Shown here: piece by piece, positions 6,338 to 21,594 of the stretch
Layout of the letters: each line of letters begins with the position of its first letter
Position numbering within the stretch: position 1 is the stretch's first letter
Source of the DNA: an uncultured Candidatus Saccharibacteria bacterium
Lineage (GTDB): Bacteria; Patescibacteriota; UBA1384; JACPKC01
Direction: 5' to 3'
DNA length: 55,361 nt
Assembly (NCBI GenBank): GCA_964423885.1
Contig: CAYRGD010000001.1
Span: 237,474-292,834 of the forward strand
The notes under the pieces: model-generated
What the model was told of the DNA's origin: nothing
The model's input: the letters and a program-made list of their open reading frames with translations, nothing else
Databases searched by the model: none
Made by a program: the position numbers and the translations under genes

Positions 6338-9300
6338 TCCTCACGCTCAGTATCAATTGTCACTGCTTGGGATACCGTAGGATCCGGAAGCACCGGCGTC
6401 AACCGTCGGCGACGGACGATAAGCCAGACAAGGACTACGGCAACCAGGATCGAGACCAATCCGATGAGGAGCCATTGTGTAAACTGGTGGCGGGCAGAGG
6501 CAACGACGATTGGCACCTCGAGCGACGTACCCGCCTCGTCGGTAATCGTGATCGTGTGGCTTCCTAGCGTCTCGGGTACCGGTACTGCCAGCTGCTGCGC
6601 ATCGCCGACAACCGGGTTGGTGCTCACCACCGTACCGTCGATCGAAACCGTTGCCGTTTTGCCGTGCAAGCCTTCGACGGCGACCGTAACAGCCGTACCC
6701 GCCTCGACGACATTGCTTGGCGCAGGCTCGGTTTCCCGCTCACCGGATTCCGACATGGTCACCGTCACCAGCGTGGCAGCGGGCTCTTCGATGGTCGACG
6801 GCGGTTCCGGGGCCGGGCTTTCGTCTACTGCCACGACAGGCGTGTCGGTCGGGCCGTTGGTCGTAACTTGCGGCTCGTCGGGCGGTAAGCGGCGTCCGTC
6901 TTTGGCATAGCCTTGCGCAGCCAACACGGCGTCGACCGACGGCATCGCGCCGCCGAGCGTCACCACTTTCTCGGCCATGATCTCGGCCGGTGCGTCGGCA
7001 TCGAGCAGCTGCCAGTACTGGTCGCTGTCGATCGTCAGCCAGTCGGCACTCCCCTCGAAGCGGATCACTGCGGTCGAGCCGTAGGTCTGGTATGGCAGCT
7101 GGAGGGTGATCGGCTGTCCCGGCGTAATCGTCTGTTGGTAGTTGAACGAGAATTCATTCGCCGGGTCGTTGATCAGTACGTTGACCAGCATCGTGAGCGC
7201 AGGCTCCGTCGACCGGACCAAGAGCTGCGACCCCACCTCTTCTTCCGGCTCGTTCCGCGGCACGTCAGTAGGCAGGTAACCCAGGAAATCCACTGCCGAT
7301 CCGCGATTCAGTACCGACACCGTTCCGGCCTTGCTGCTCGTTGTTCCTCGAAGAATCTTCGTCGGTACAGGCCGATAAGGAGCATAGGAAGCCTGCGTTT
7401 TCTTGGGGTCGGAGTAGCTGTACGCCCGAACCGCTACCGTCTTGCCGTTCTCCCGGCTCGACGTACCGAGCTTTCCGTTCGACCCGAAGTCTTCGGCGTC
7501 GAGCTGCCAGTAAGCGGCCTTGTTCGTATCGACCGTTTTCACGTTCGGGAAGAAGCCGTACAGTCCGAGCACCAGATCGAGTTGCGTCGTCGCGATCGTA
7601 CCGCCGGCAGTCTTCGTAAGCTCGACCGGGGATCCGGCCGGAAGCTTGTCCCGGAGCTGGGCAATGGTCTTGCTTCCACCGAGATTCGCGAGTACCGACG
7701 GGAGCGAGACAGGAGTCCAGGTCACCGCCCGCTGATTCAACGTCGGGCTCTTCAGCCACGCTCTGTTGTAGGGCACCGACATCCCGCCGATCGCATTGGC
7801 CTCGGACGGCAGCCCGTTAACCAAACTGCGGAACAACGAGGCTACCACCCAGCTCTCGCCGTTCATGGTGTTGCCGGTCGCACCGCGGTTATCGAATGTC
7901 ACGAAGCTCGGATTGATCAAGTTGAAGTTATTGAGGAAGTCGTTCCGCTCGTTCCGGTAGCACCACTCGCACCCCGCCTGATTCATAAGTCCAAGCCGAT
8001 GATCCAATTCAAGCGCCAGGAAATTGGCGAAGCCTTCGACGAACGAGCTTTCGGTGCTCTGGTTAAGATACCCCGCGTTCAAGGCGTTGAGCCCCTGGAA
8101 CGAGATCGTCTGCGCGGCCGACTTCTTGGACGTTCCAGGAACCTGCGGACCGTCGTAGTACCCATACCCGGCATATTCCCCGCTCGGATGAGCGATGCTC
8201 TTCAGGTACGAGGGCGTCAGGGCCTTGTCGGGCGTGTACATGTACCCGACGCCCTTGTCACCGTTGCCCGGATTGTTGATGAGGTATACCTGTTTTTCTT
8301 TATCGAAGCCCGTGATCACGACGGTATGGTTCCCTGCCGCGCTCGACGAGACAGTCGTGTTGAAAATAACGGGCGCACCGAGCGCAAGCGACCGGTCGAT
8401 GTGTTCGAGGAATCCCGGTTCATCCGGACCAGCCTCGAATTCCTTGTACTTCGCGTTCGCCGGATTCACGGCCCCGACATAGTTGTTGATTTTGCCGACA
8501 CGCCCACCGATGCCAAACTCGCAGACGTTATTCGCTTCCGAGAAATCCGCGGACCTACCGTTTTTCAGGTTGAAGTAGTCCTGGATCATGATCCGTGAGA
8601 CATCGACGCAGTTATTGGTAAGCCCCTGTGTGTATCCGGGAACATCGAGCCGCACGCCCGGATCAGGCACGCCGATTGTCCGGAAATCGCTCCCTGGCGT
8701 GTCGATGCCCATCCGTGCGAGTACCCAGTGGCCGAACTCATGGAGCTCGGTATGCGGGCTATAGGCTCCCTCCGCCCGGAGCTGCCAGACAGACTGCCCT
8801 AGCTGTATACTGCCGTCAGCGAACCGGGATGAAACATTGAACCCCTTCGGCAGCAACCTGACGTCAAGTTTGTCCGACAACGCCGGTCCACCGAACTCAT
8901 CCGTCGCCACCTCTCTCTTCGCAAGGTACAGATCGCGCCACAGCACCGAACTCATCACGAACTGCTCACGCCAATCCCGCTCGTTCGTCGATCCGGTGGG
9001 AAACGCCCAGGCATTCAGCGCGGCGAACGTACTCCCGGCAAAGTCGATCGGCAGTACGTACCGGTCATTTTGCTTCTTGAACGGTACGGTCGTCGTGCCG
9101 TCGGCATTCTGTTTCACGACCGTCATCTCGTCGAGGACGCCGTGCACGATGTCGGCTTCCTGGTGGCCGGCCGTCAGGAACGTCAGGTTCGCATCCGAGT
9201 TCTTGTATGCCAGCACGAGCCGAACCTTGTCGGCTACCTTCATGCAGGCATCGTCCAGCTTGCCATCGTCGTTCAGCCGATGGCCCGCTTCGGTTGCGAT

Positions 9301-12300
9301 CGCGTCGTGCGTACCCGAGCAGCTCACAAGGAGCGAAACTGGCTCCACGCCGGACACGGTATACGTCGAGGCATCGATAATATCGACGAACGCTCCCGGC
9401 ACCGGTTTGCCATGATAGCCGGTCGCAACGATCGAGACTGGCATGATCTGATCAAGCTGGTGGTCGCTGGTTGCTTCGAGCTTCGTGTCCTTCGGCTCGA
9501 TTGTCTTGGTGTTGACGACCAGGTCAGCGACCGGTTCCTTGGATTGCACGGTCGCAAGCGGGATCGCTTGGTCGGGCTCCAGGGTGTAGCCCGCTTCGTC
9601 GTCGGTCCCGCCGTTCGCCTCGCGGACTAACTCCCCAAGATCGCACGCAAGGACAAATCGCTTGGTCGGATCCGCTTCCTTCGCTTCCTTGGCGCAGTCC
9701 GTCTGCGTAATCTGCGCTTCCAGTGCCTTGGGCAGCTCGACATGCAATGTTTCATGCTTCACGTAGTGCGGTTCGTTGTCTTCGGACTGCGCCACGAGCT
9801 TGTTGTCCGCACCGACAACCAGGATGCCTGTGGCCGCCGTACTTACCCCTTGGCCGGCAGACTGCATCGTCGAGGGCATCGTCAGAACGATCTTCGGCGT
9901 ATCGGCAAGACGCATAGTCAACGACTTCTTTGCCATTTTCTCGACCAGATCGTCCTTCGATACCTGGACATCGATCGTCGCGGTGATCGGCTTGGTGAGC
10001 ATCGCCGCTATCCGGTCCGGCGCACGCGTTTCGATCGCAACGGTCTTCGTGCCGATGTCCGCTTCGGACGGAATGAACGTCAGTACCGCGTCGCCGTTTT
10101 CGATGACGGTCGTTTTAAACCCGAACAATCCGAGTTTCACGTACCATTTCTCTTTATCACCGAACTCCTTGGTCAGCTCGAGCTGTTTCGTTCCGACCTG
10201 ACTGTGTAGCGTGATCTTGAATTGCTTGCCGACGTCATTGGCGCCGATGGGGAACGAAAGGACTAATGACGTGCCATAGCCGGCTCCATTGTTCATGTAC
10301 AGGTCAAGCGGATCACAACCGGCCTGTGCCTGCGCCCGGCCGATGAGCGACCACATGGGATTCGCGCGTGTCTCGAACACCGACGAGCAGTTATACGCCT
10401 TGGCATCCAATGTCAGCTCTTGATCGGCCTCAACGGTCAACGGGAAATCCTGAAAGACACCGGCTGCTTGGGGCAGCATAACGCGCAGCTTCTCGTCGGC
10501 CACCACGGCTGCACCCAGGTTACGCGCGTAGATAGCCTGGCTGGCCTTGGTCTCGCTCCATTGCCCGGTGGCCACCTTGCCGAGCGACGCGAACTGCGCG
10601 CCGGACGTCTTCTTCCAATTCTGCTGATCGAGCGAAAACTCGTAGCCGGGGATGAGTTTGCCGCTGCCGTCGACGATGCCCACGGCCAGGTCTTGGCCGG
10701 CGAAGTAGTCCTTGAACCGTTGCCGGTACGGGAACGCCGCGACATTGCCTTCCACGTACAGCGGCTTCGTATCCGTGGGATATCCTTGCTCCGTGCGCGT
10801 CAGCGTCTGGTCGGCGTTCTGTGCCTTGTCCCAACCGTCGACCACGAACTCGAGCTTGGTGCCCGCTTCGTCGCCGGCCGTGATTTTCGGCGGCAGTGCG
10901 GAATCGTCGACGTTCTTCGTGGGTACACTGAACTTGTACGTATTGAAGCTCGCCGTCGACCATGACCGCTGGCAATTATCGATCTGGCCGCTACCGCCCG
11001 GCGACTTATAGCCGTAGTATCCGTTGACGCTGAGCGAGATCGAGCCAACGATAGTACCGAAACCGCTAAAGGTCAGCGGCGACGACCCGGTGACCGACTC
11101 GGGGGTCATGGTTCCCGCATACAGGCTGACGCCAGGAGCGAACCGAGAGATGCTTGTCGACTTGATCGTCCGGTTCTGCGCCGTGAACTGGAGCGCGATC
11201 GGCTTGACCTCGCTGCCGCCGACGAACACCGGTTCCTGGGGCACACCGGTCAATGCCACCTTCAAGATCGCGCTGTCCGGCGGCGTACTGCGCAAGTAGA
11301 TCGTGTCGGACGTAGCCGCGTTCCCAGCCTGGTTGGTATATCTGACAGCGACTTGAAAATCCCGAACCGTCAACGGCGAGCTCTTGGCCAACGTAAACCG
11401 CTTTTTCTTGGACAAGACACTGATAACCTTGTCGTCGGCGTCCCGCTGCACGTCGAACAATTCGTGCTCAAAGGCATCCGGAGTCATTGTCCACCGGAAC
11501 CCGCGCGCCGAACTGGTCGTGTAGTAACCGACGAAATCCGACGATTCGGCACTGCTCGCGCCGTCCGCCGACACAACAAGATCCTCTCGGTTACAGAACG
11601 AGTTGGCAAAGACGCCCAGAATACCGTTCTGGAAATACGCCTTGAGCCGGTTGTAGTTCTTGGGCGTAAGGCCGTCGATGCGGGCGTCGACGGTGGTGAT
11701 GATCGCACCATTGCCGTCCGGCTGAGCCTGCTGCTTCGCGGCGATCGTCGCTGCCGAATCATACGTCGTGAGCCGGGTGCCGGTATCGGATGTCAGGCTG
11801 ATATGGAAAAAATCGAGCGTCAGACTAGCCTTGAACGGCTTACCGTCGGTATCGACCGGCCGGTCGCACGATACGGCGATCGTATACGAACCCGGACGAG
11901 GCACGTGGCGGAGCGAGACCGAAGCCTGCGTCGCCGAACCGTTTTTGCCCGCCCGGACATTCGGCGCCTTGTCGCCGGGTTTCAACACGAACTGCTTCGG
12001 ATCGGGAACATTGAATTCCTGGATCACCAGTTCCAAGTCGCTGTCCTTGTAGTCCGTGAGTTCGGGTATGTCGATGGCCGGCGCGTCGATGTCGATCGAA
12101 TCCAGCGTGACGGTCGCCGTCTCGTTCAAGTTGAGCCACATCGACGCGGAGGGATTTTGTCCGGCATGTTCGAATTGCTGACGGCCGTCTTGCGTCGTGA
12201 AGCTTGCGCAACCTGCGATCGTATCCGCGGTCGGTCGGCGCTGCGTGAGCACGAATGCCGTGGCGCCGATCAGCGACAACGTGGCGAGTACGACCGATAT

Positions 12301-12318
12301 CCTGGCACGTTTCGACAT
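6328..12318 (-). CDS. Giant (~1996 aa) membrane-anchored surface protein with HExxH metallopeptidase-like and C39-like cysteine peptidase-like segments
   Basis: A single uninterrupted ORF. The start was trimmed to ATG 12318 (MSKRARISVVLATLSLIGATAF, signal/TM) because GGGGAGGG lies 5-6 nt upstream. HEFGH is at 8728-8742, and the NNCVDVS...GNHTVVITGFD...YLINNPG pattern at about 8300-8616 resembles papain/C39-like peptidases. The C-terminus has a TM helix plus RRRR stop-transfer (WLLIGLVSILVAVVLVWLIVRRRR). Confidence 0.75.
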   Translation of the reverse strand: MSKRARISVVLATLSLIGATAFVLTQRRPTADTIAGCASFTTQDGRQQFEHAGQNPSASMWLNLNETATVTLDSIDIDAPAIDIPELTDYKDSDLELVIQEFNVPDPKQFVLKPGDKAPNVRAGKNGSATQASVSLRHVPRPGSYTIAVSCDRPVDTDGKPFKASLTLDFFHISLTSDTGTRLTTYDSAATIAAKQQAQPDGNGAIITTVDARIDGLTPKNYNRLKAYFQNGILGVFANSFCNREDLVVSADGASSAESSDFVGYYTTSSARGFRWTMTPDAFEHELFDVQRDADDKVISVLSKKKRFTLAKSSPLTVRDFQVAVRYTNQAGNAATSDTIYLRSTPPDSAILKVALTGVPQEPVFVGGSEVKPIALQFTAQNRTIKSTSISRFAPGVSLYAGTMTPESVTGSSPLTFSGFGTIVGSISLSVNGYYGYKSPGGSGQIDNCQRSWSTASFNTYKFSVPTKNVDDSALPPKITAGDEAGTKLEFVVDGWDKAQNADQTLTRTEQGYPTDTKPLYVEGNVAAFPYRQRFKDYFAGQDLAVGIVDGSGKLIPGYEFSLDQQNWKKTSGAQFASLGKVATGQWSETKASQAIYARNLGAAVVADEKLRVMLPQAAGVFQDFPLTVEADQELTLDAKAYNCSSVFETRANPMWSLIGRAQAQAGCDPLDLYMNNGAGYGTSLVLSFPIGANDVGKQFKITLHSQVGTKQLELTKEFGDKEKWYVKLGLFGFKTTVIENGDAVLTFIPSEADIGTKTVAIETRAPDRIAAMLTKPITATIDVQVSKDDLVEKMAKKSLTMRLADTPKIVLTMPSTMQSAGQGVSTAATGILVVGADNKLVAQSEDNEPHYVKHETLHVELPKALEAQITQTDCAKEAKEADPTKRFVLACDLGELVREANGGTDDEAGYTLEPDQAIPLATVQSKEPVADLVVNTKTIEPKDTKLEATSDHQLDQIMPVSIVATGYHGKPVPGAFVDIIDASTYTVSGVEPVSLLVSCSGTHDAIATEAGHRLNDDGKLDDACMKVADKVRLVLAYKNSDANLTFLTAGHQEADIVHGVLDEMTVVKQNADGTTTVPFKKQNDRYVLPIDFAGSTFAALNAWAFPTGSTNERDWREQFVMSSVLWRDLYLAKREVATDEFGGPALSDKLDVRLLPKGFNVSSRFADGSIQLGQSVWQLRAEGAYSPHTELHEFGHWVLARMGIDTPGSDFRTIGVPDPGVRLDVPGYTQGLTNNCVDVSRIMIQDYFNLKNGRSADFSEANNVCEFGIGGRVGKINNYVGAVNPANAKYKEFEAGPDEPGFLEHIDRSLALGAPVIFNTTVSSSAAGNHTVVITGFDKEKQVYLINNPGNGDKGVGYMYTPDKALTPSYLKSIAHPSGEYAGYGYYDGPQVPGTSKKSAAQTISFQGLNALNAGYLNQSTESSFVEGFANFLALELDHRLGLMNQAGCEWCYRNERNDFLNNFNLINPSFVTFDNRGATGNTMNGESWVVASLFRSLVNGLPSEANAIGGMSVPYNRAWLKSPTLNQRAVTWTPVSLPSVLANLGGSKTIAQLRDKLPAGSPVELTKTAGGTIATTQLDLVLGLYGFFPNVKTVDTNKAAYWQLDAEDFGSNGKLGTSSRENGKTVAVRAYSYSDPKKTQASYAPYRPVPTKILRGTTSSKAGTVSVLNRGSAVDFLGYLPTDVPRNEPEEEVGSQLLVRSTEPALTMLVNVLINDPANEFSFNYQQTITPGQPITLQLPYQTYGSTAVIRFEGSADWLTIDSDQYWQLLDADAPAEIMAEKVVTLGGAMPSVDAVLAAQGYAKDGRRLPPDEPQVTTNGPTDTPVVAVDESPAPEPPSTIEEPAATLVTVTMSESGERETEPAPSNVVEAGTAVTVAVEGLHGKTATVSIDGTVVSTNPVVGDAQQLAVPVPETLGSHTITITDEAGTSLEVPIVVASARHQFTQWLLIGLVSILVAVVLVWLIVRRRRLTPVLPDPTVSQAVTIDTEREDWQ

Positions 12319-12396
12319 ACTACCCTCCCCTGTTGTTTGTACTGTCACAGAAGGCGCCGGATCCCGCAAGGGACGCGCCGCGTTGCATCCGTACAC

Positions 12397-12427
12397 GCAA
12401 ACAGCAGCCGAATTGGCTGCTGTTTGC
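12397..12427 (-). terminator. Strong hairpin between rpsJ and the giant gene
   Basis: Perfect 13-bp stem GCAAACAGCAGCC / GGCTGCTGTTTGC with a 5-nt loop, 25 nt downstream of the rpsJ stop. There is no clear U-tract. Confidence 0.5.
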
Positions 12428-12451
12428 ACAGGGGTACCGAAGCTAGAGGTT

Positions 12452-12778
12452 TTAGGCTTTCACCTCGATACCGACGCCGGCTGGCAAATCGAGACTCATG
12501 AGGGCGTCGATCGTCTTCGAGGTGGGCTCAAGGACATCGATCAGGCGCTTGTGGATCCGGGTTTCGAACTGCTCGCGCGCATCCTTGTGCTTGAACGTGG
12601 AGCGGAGCACGGTGACCTTTTTAATCTCGGTCGGCAACGGGATCGGCCCGTAGACCGTGGCCCCGGTGCGTTTCGTGGTTTCAAGGATCTTCCGCGCGCT
12701 CTGGTCGATGACGCGGTAGTCGTACGCCTTCAGACGGATACGGATCTTCTGCTTGGGTGACTGGGTCTCGGTTGCCAT
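12452..12778 (-). CDS. rpsJ: 30S ribosomal protein S10
   Basis: 108-aa [42 protein letters not shown] is the canonical S10 pattern. Confidence 0.95.
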   Translation of the reverse strand: MATETQSPKQKIRIRLKAYDYRVIDQSARKILETTKRTGATVYGPIPLPTEIKKVTVLRSTFKHKDAREQFETRIHKRLIDVLEPTSKTIDALMSLDLPAGVGIEVKA

Positions 12779-12807
12779 GGTGTCAACGTGCGCTGATCAG
12801 CCGGACG

Positions 12808-13989
<1,182 letters not shown>

Positions 13990-14045
13990 AGCACTCCTTC
14001 ACTTTACTACTACGGTACGGTTGCGCTTCGATATGAGTACCCGAA

Positions 14046-14074
14046 ATCCTACCTGGTAACAGGGTAACTGTCAA
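14046..14074 (-). promoter_or_regulatory. Putative internal promoter for tuf
   Basis: On the minus strand, TTGACA (14074-14069), 17 nt, TAGGAT (14051-14046), in the fusA-tuf spacer. Confidence 0.4.
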
Positions 14075-14082
14075 ACAGGGAC

Positions 14083-14105
14083 CTCGCCGAGGTACGTGCG
14101 GCGAG
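14083..14105 (-). terminator. Hairpin just after the fusA stop (attenuator/terminator candidate)
   Basis: 7-bp stem CTCGCCG / CGGCGAG with a 9-nt loop, 8 nt downstream of the fusA stop codon. Confidence 0.35.
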
Positions 14106-14112
14106 TATACGC

Positions 14113-16227
14113 TTACTTGGACCGGCCGGCAATCACCTCGTCGGCGACATTGCGCGGCACTTCTTCGTAACGGGCGAATTCCATGCTGTAGCTGGCGCGG
14201 CCCTGCGACATACTGCGCAGCTGGGTCGCGTACCCGAACATTGACGACAGCGGGACCTTGGCCGTGATCACTTTGGCGTTACCGCGCTCGGTATTCGCCT
14301 CGATCCGGCCGCGCTTGCTGTTCAAATCGCCCATCACGTCGCCCAGGAACTCTTCGGGGGTAGTAACCTCGACCGACATGATCGGCTCGAGCAATACCGG
14401 GTCGGCCTTCTTGGCAGCGTCCTGGAACGCCATCGAACCGGCGATCTGGAATGCCATTTCGGACGAGTCCACATCGTGGAACGAGCCGTCGTACAACCTA
14501 GCTTTGATGTCGACCAACGGGTAGCCGGCGACGATACCGCGGGTCAGCGCCTCCCTGATCCCCTTTTCGGTCGGGTTGATGAATTCCTTGGGAATCACGC
14601 CACCGACGATCGCGTTTTCGAACAGGAAGTGCTCGTCGGGGTGCTCGGTATGGTCCTCTTCAGTGAACGGCTCGATGTCGATCACCGCGTGGCCGTACTG
14701 GCCGCGGCCGCCGGTCTGACGGATGAACTTGCCTTCGCCGGTCGCTTTGCGCCGGATCGTTTCACGGTAGGCGACCTGCGGCCGCCCGACCACCGCTTCC
14801 ACCTTGAACTCACGCTTCATGCGGTCGACGATGATTTCGAGGTGCAGCTCGCCCATGCCCGCCAGGATGGTCTGGCCGGTTTCGGTGTTACTGCTGATCC
14901 GGAAGGTCGGGTCCTCTTCGGCAAGCCGATTCAGGGCGATGCCCATCTTTTCTTGGTCGGCCTTGGGTTTCGGCTCCACTGCGAGCGAGATGACCGGTTC
15001 GGGGAAAGTGATCGATTCGAGCACGATCGGCTTCGTGAGGTCGCAGAGCGTGTCGCCTGTCGTACCGTCGATGCCGACTGCGGCAGCGATGTCGCCCGCG
15101 TACAATTCCTTGACCTCTTCGCGCTGGTTGGCGTGCATCCGCAGGATCCGGCCGATCCGTTCTTTCTTGCCAGTACTGGAGTTCAATACATACGAACCGG
15201 ACTGCAGCGTGCCCGAGTAGACGCGGAAGAAGGTCAGTTTACCGACGAACGGGTCGGTCGCGATCTTGAAGAGCAGGGCCGAGAACGGTTCCTCGTCAGA
15301 GGCTTGGCGTTCGAGCGTGTCGCCGCTTTTCGGATCGGTTCCCTGCACCGGCGGGATGTCGGTCGGACTTGGCAGGAAATTGACGACGCCGTCGAGCAAG
15401 AGTTGGACACCCTTGTTCTTGAGCGCCGAGCCGGTGAAGACCGGGATGATCTTGCCCGCGATCGTGCCCTTGCGAAGCGTCGCGATCAGTTCGTCGATGC
15501 TCGGCGTTTCGCCGCCAAGGTACTTTTCGAGCAGCGCGTCGTCGAGCTCGGAGACTTTTTCGATGAGCTTCTGGCGCCACTCTTCGGCCTGGTCGGCGTA
15601 CTCGGCCGGGATCTCGCCTTCCTGGATTTCCGTGCCGAGGTCGTTCGTAAAGGTGTACGAACGCTGGCGGATAAGGTCGATCAGGCCGCGGAACTCGGAC
15701 TCGGCGCCCATCGGGAGCTGGACTGGTACGGCATTGGCGCCCAAACGGTCAAGGATCGAGTCGTAGGCACGGAAGAAGTCGGCACCGGTCCGGTCGAGCT
15801 TGTTCACGAAGCAGATGCGCGGCACATTGTACTTGTCGGCCTGGCGCCAGACCGTTTCGGATTGCGGCTCGACACCGGCGACGCAGTCGAATACGACCAC
15901 GGCGCCGTCAAGGACACGGAGCGACCGCTCAACCTCGACGGTGAAGTCGACGTGGCCGGGCGTGTCGATGATATTGATCCGGTGCTTGTCGTCCGGATTG
16001 GTCGTGGGCGCCCAAAACGCAGTCGTGGCGGCCGAGGTGATCGTGATGCCGCGCTCGCGTTCCTGTTCCATCCAATCCATCTCGGCCTCGCCCTCGTGGA
16101 CCTCGCCGATCTTGTGCTTTTTACCGGTGTAGAACAGGATCCGTTCCGTAACAGTGGTCTTGCCCGCGTCGATGTGCGCCGCGATGCCGATATTCCGAAC
16201 CTTCTCCAACGGATATTCTCGTGCCAT
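14113..16227 (-). CDS. fusA: Elongation factor G
   Basis: 704 aa from ATG 16227 ([25 protein letters not shown]), with a GAAGGA SD 8-9 nt upstream. DTPGHVDF and NKLD motifs are present. The 13 extra N-terminal codons in the ORF track are rejected. Confidence 0.96.
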   Translation of the reverse strand: MAREYPLEKVRNIGIAAHIDAGKTTVTERILFYTGKKHKIGEVHEGEAEMDWMEQERERGITITSAATTAFWAPTTNPDDKHRINIIDTPGHVDFTVEVERSLRVLDGAVVVFDCVAGVEPQSETVWRQADKYNVPRICFVNKLDRTGADFFRAYDSILDRLGANAVPVQLPMGAESEFRGLIDLIRQRSYTFTNDLGTEIQEGEIPAEYADQAEEWRQKLIEKVSELDDALLEKYLGGETPSIDELIATLRKGTIAGKIIPVFTGSALKNKGVQLLLDGVVNFLPSPTDIPPVQGTDPKSGDTLERQASDEEPFSALLFKIATDPFVGKLTFFRVYSGTLQSGSYVLNSSTGKKERIGRILRMHANQREEVKELYAGDIAAAVGIDGTTGDTLCDLTKPIVLESITFPEPVISLAVEPKPKADQEKMGIALNRLAEEDPTFRISSNTETGQTILAGMGELHLEIIVDRMKREFKVEAVVGRPQVAYRETIRRKATGEGKFIRQTGGRGQYGHAVIDIEPFTEEDHTEHPDEHFLFENAIVGGVIPKEFINPTEKGIREALTRGIVAGYPLVDIKARLYDGSFHDVDSSEMAFQIAGSMAFQDAAKKADPVLLEPIMSVEVTTPEEFLGDVMGDLNSKRGRIEANTERGNAKVITAKVPLSSMFGYATQLRSMSQGRASYSMEFARYEEVPRNVADEVIAGRSK

Positions 16228-16231
16228 AGGT

Positions 16232-16882
16232 TTATCCTTCGACGTCGTCGATCTCGGTAAGTTCAAGTAACGGTGTTATACCAGACTCGGATGCCGAGCT
16301 CAACGCCGGGAAGAGCCGTACAAGGAACTCGGGATCGTCCCACGGGCGGCGTGCAGGGTCGGCGCCGTACGGCCTTCCCAGGCCCTGCTTGTAGGCGTGG
16401 AACAGCTTGTATGCGAGCAGGTACCGGTGCTCGCGTAGGACGCCGGTACCGTCGAGTGCGGCGTCGGCAGCGCGGACGCCGGCCAGTTCGCCGGGATCCA
16501 GAACGGTTTCAAGCAGCCGGTACCGCTGCTCGCGTTCGGTACCGCCGTCGACAAGCAGTCCTTGTGCTGCGTATCCGAACTGCTGGGGACTCGCACCCAT
16601 CGGGAACATGAGTTTGAAGCAACGTGACTCGACGCTCTCGAAACTCCTGCGCAGCGCATCGTGCGGGGAGGTTGCCGCGAAGGTCGATACCGCCGGTTCC
16701 CGGGCATCGCGGGGCCTCATGCCTACCGTGCCCTCAATCGTCGCCGTGATCTGCCATACGTCGTCGAACAGCGCCTGCCGTGCCGCCGGGGCATGCTCAA
16801 GCTCCGGTAACTCCACAGCACGAACCGGCTCGCGTTCCGGAGCCGGTTCGTATTCGTATCCCCCCGAGAATCGCTCGGGCAT
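16232..16882 (-). CDS. Hypothetical protein (216 aa) inserted between rpsG and fusA
   Basis: Same-strand ORF filling the whole rpsG-fusA gap. The start is set at [13 protein letters not shown] (Met62 of the track ORF), 17 nt after the rpsG stop. Its TAA stop lies 4 nt before the fusA ATG, and the fusA SD is inside its last codons. Codon pattern looks host-like. There is no clear SD of its own and no family I recognise. Confidence 0.55.
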   Translation of the reverse strand: MPERFSGGYEYEPAPEREPVRAVELPELEHAPAARQALFDDVWQITATIEGTVGMRPRDAREPAVSTFAATSPHDALRRSFESVESRCFKLMFPMGASPQQFGYAAQGLLVDGGTEREQRYRLLETVLDPGELAGVRAADAALDGTGVLREHRYLLAYKLFHAYKQGLGRPYGADPARRPWDDPEFLVRLFPALSSASESGITPLLELTEIDDVEG

Positions 16883-16899
16883 AGTAGCTGCGGTGACCG

Positions 16900-17370
16900 C
16901 TAGAAGCGGGCGTAGTGGGCGAACGCCTTGTTGGCTTCGGCCATGCGATGGACGTCGTCGCGCTTGCGGGCCGCTGCGCCTTCGTTCTTGTAGGCGGCCA
17001 TGAGTTCGGCAGCCAGCTTCTGGTCGATCTTGCCCCGGGCCGAGCGGGCCGCGTCGATGATCCACCGCATCGACAGCGCACGCTTGCGTTCGGCGCGGAC
17101 TTCGACCGGCACCTGGTAGGTCGCGCCGCCGACCCGCTTGGACCGGACCTCGACGAGCGGTGCGATATTCTTGAGCGCAGTCTCGAACACTTGGAGTGCC
17201 GGCTGTTCGAGTTCACGCTCGACCGTTTCGAGTGCAGCGTACACCGCCTGTTCGGCCGTGCGCTTCTGCCCACGGAGCATGACCGCGTTGATGAACCGGG
17301 TCACGGTTTCAGAGTGGTACTTGAGATCCGGCTCGACCGGACGCTGGGAAATCGTTTTTGCGCCACGCAT
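16900..17370 (-). CDS. rpsG: 30S ribosomal protein S7
   Basis: 156 aa. VEVRSKRVGGATYQVPVEVR and the C-terminal MAEANKAFAHYRF-type ending are canonical for S7. Confidence 0.96.
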   Translation of the reverse strand: MRGAKTISQRPVEPDLKYHSETVTRFINAVMLRGQKRTAEQAVYAALETVERELEQPALQVFETALKNIAPLVEVRSKRVGGATYQVPVEVRAERKRALSMRWIIDAARSARGKIDQKLAAELMAAYKNEGAAARKRDDVHRMAEANKAFAHYARF

Positions 17371-17371
17371 C

Positions 17372-17785
17372 TTAGCCTCGTTTCATGCCGTACTTCGACC
17401 GCGACTGCTTGCGGCCATCGACACCGGCGGTATCAAGAATACCGCGGACGATGTGGTACCGGACACCCGGCAGGTCTTTGACGCGGCCCCCACGGATGAG
17501 CACGACCGAGTGTTCCTGCAAGTTATGCCCTTCGCCAGGGATGTACGCGGTGACTTCGGTACCGGACGTCAAGCGGACACGGGCGATCTTGCGGAGCGCC
17601 GAGTTCGGCTTTTTCGGGGTCATGGTTTTGACCTGGACGCAGACGCCACGCTTCAACGGTGCGCCTTTCTGCGACAGCACAGGCTTGTTCTTGATGAAGT
17701 TGAAGCTGCGGTGGAGCGCCGGGGCTTTGGACTTGCGTGCCCGCTTAGTACGGCCGCTCCGGATGAGTTGGTTGATCGTTGGCAT
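17372..17785 (-). CDS. rpsL: 30S ribosomal protein S12
   Basis: 137 aa. MPTINQLIR...[11 protein letters not shown]...[17 protein letters not shown] is canonical for S12. AAGGAA SD upstream. Confidence 0.97.
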   Translation of the reverse strand: MPTINQLIRSGRTKRARKSKAPALHRSFNFIKNKPVLSQKGAPLKRGVCVQVKTMTPKKPNSALRKIARVRLTSGTEVTAYIPGEGHNLQEHSVVLIRGGRVKDLPGVRYHIVRGILDTAGVDGRKQSRSKYGMKRG

Positions 17786-17821
17786 AGGTTCCTTGGATTC
17801 TATCTGGTTCGGCGCCCCTGG

Positions 17822-21586
<3,765 letters not shown>

Positions 21587-21594
21587 GGCCGCTC

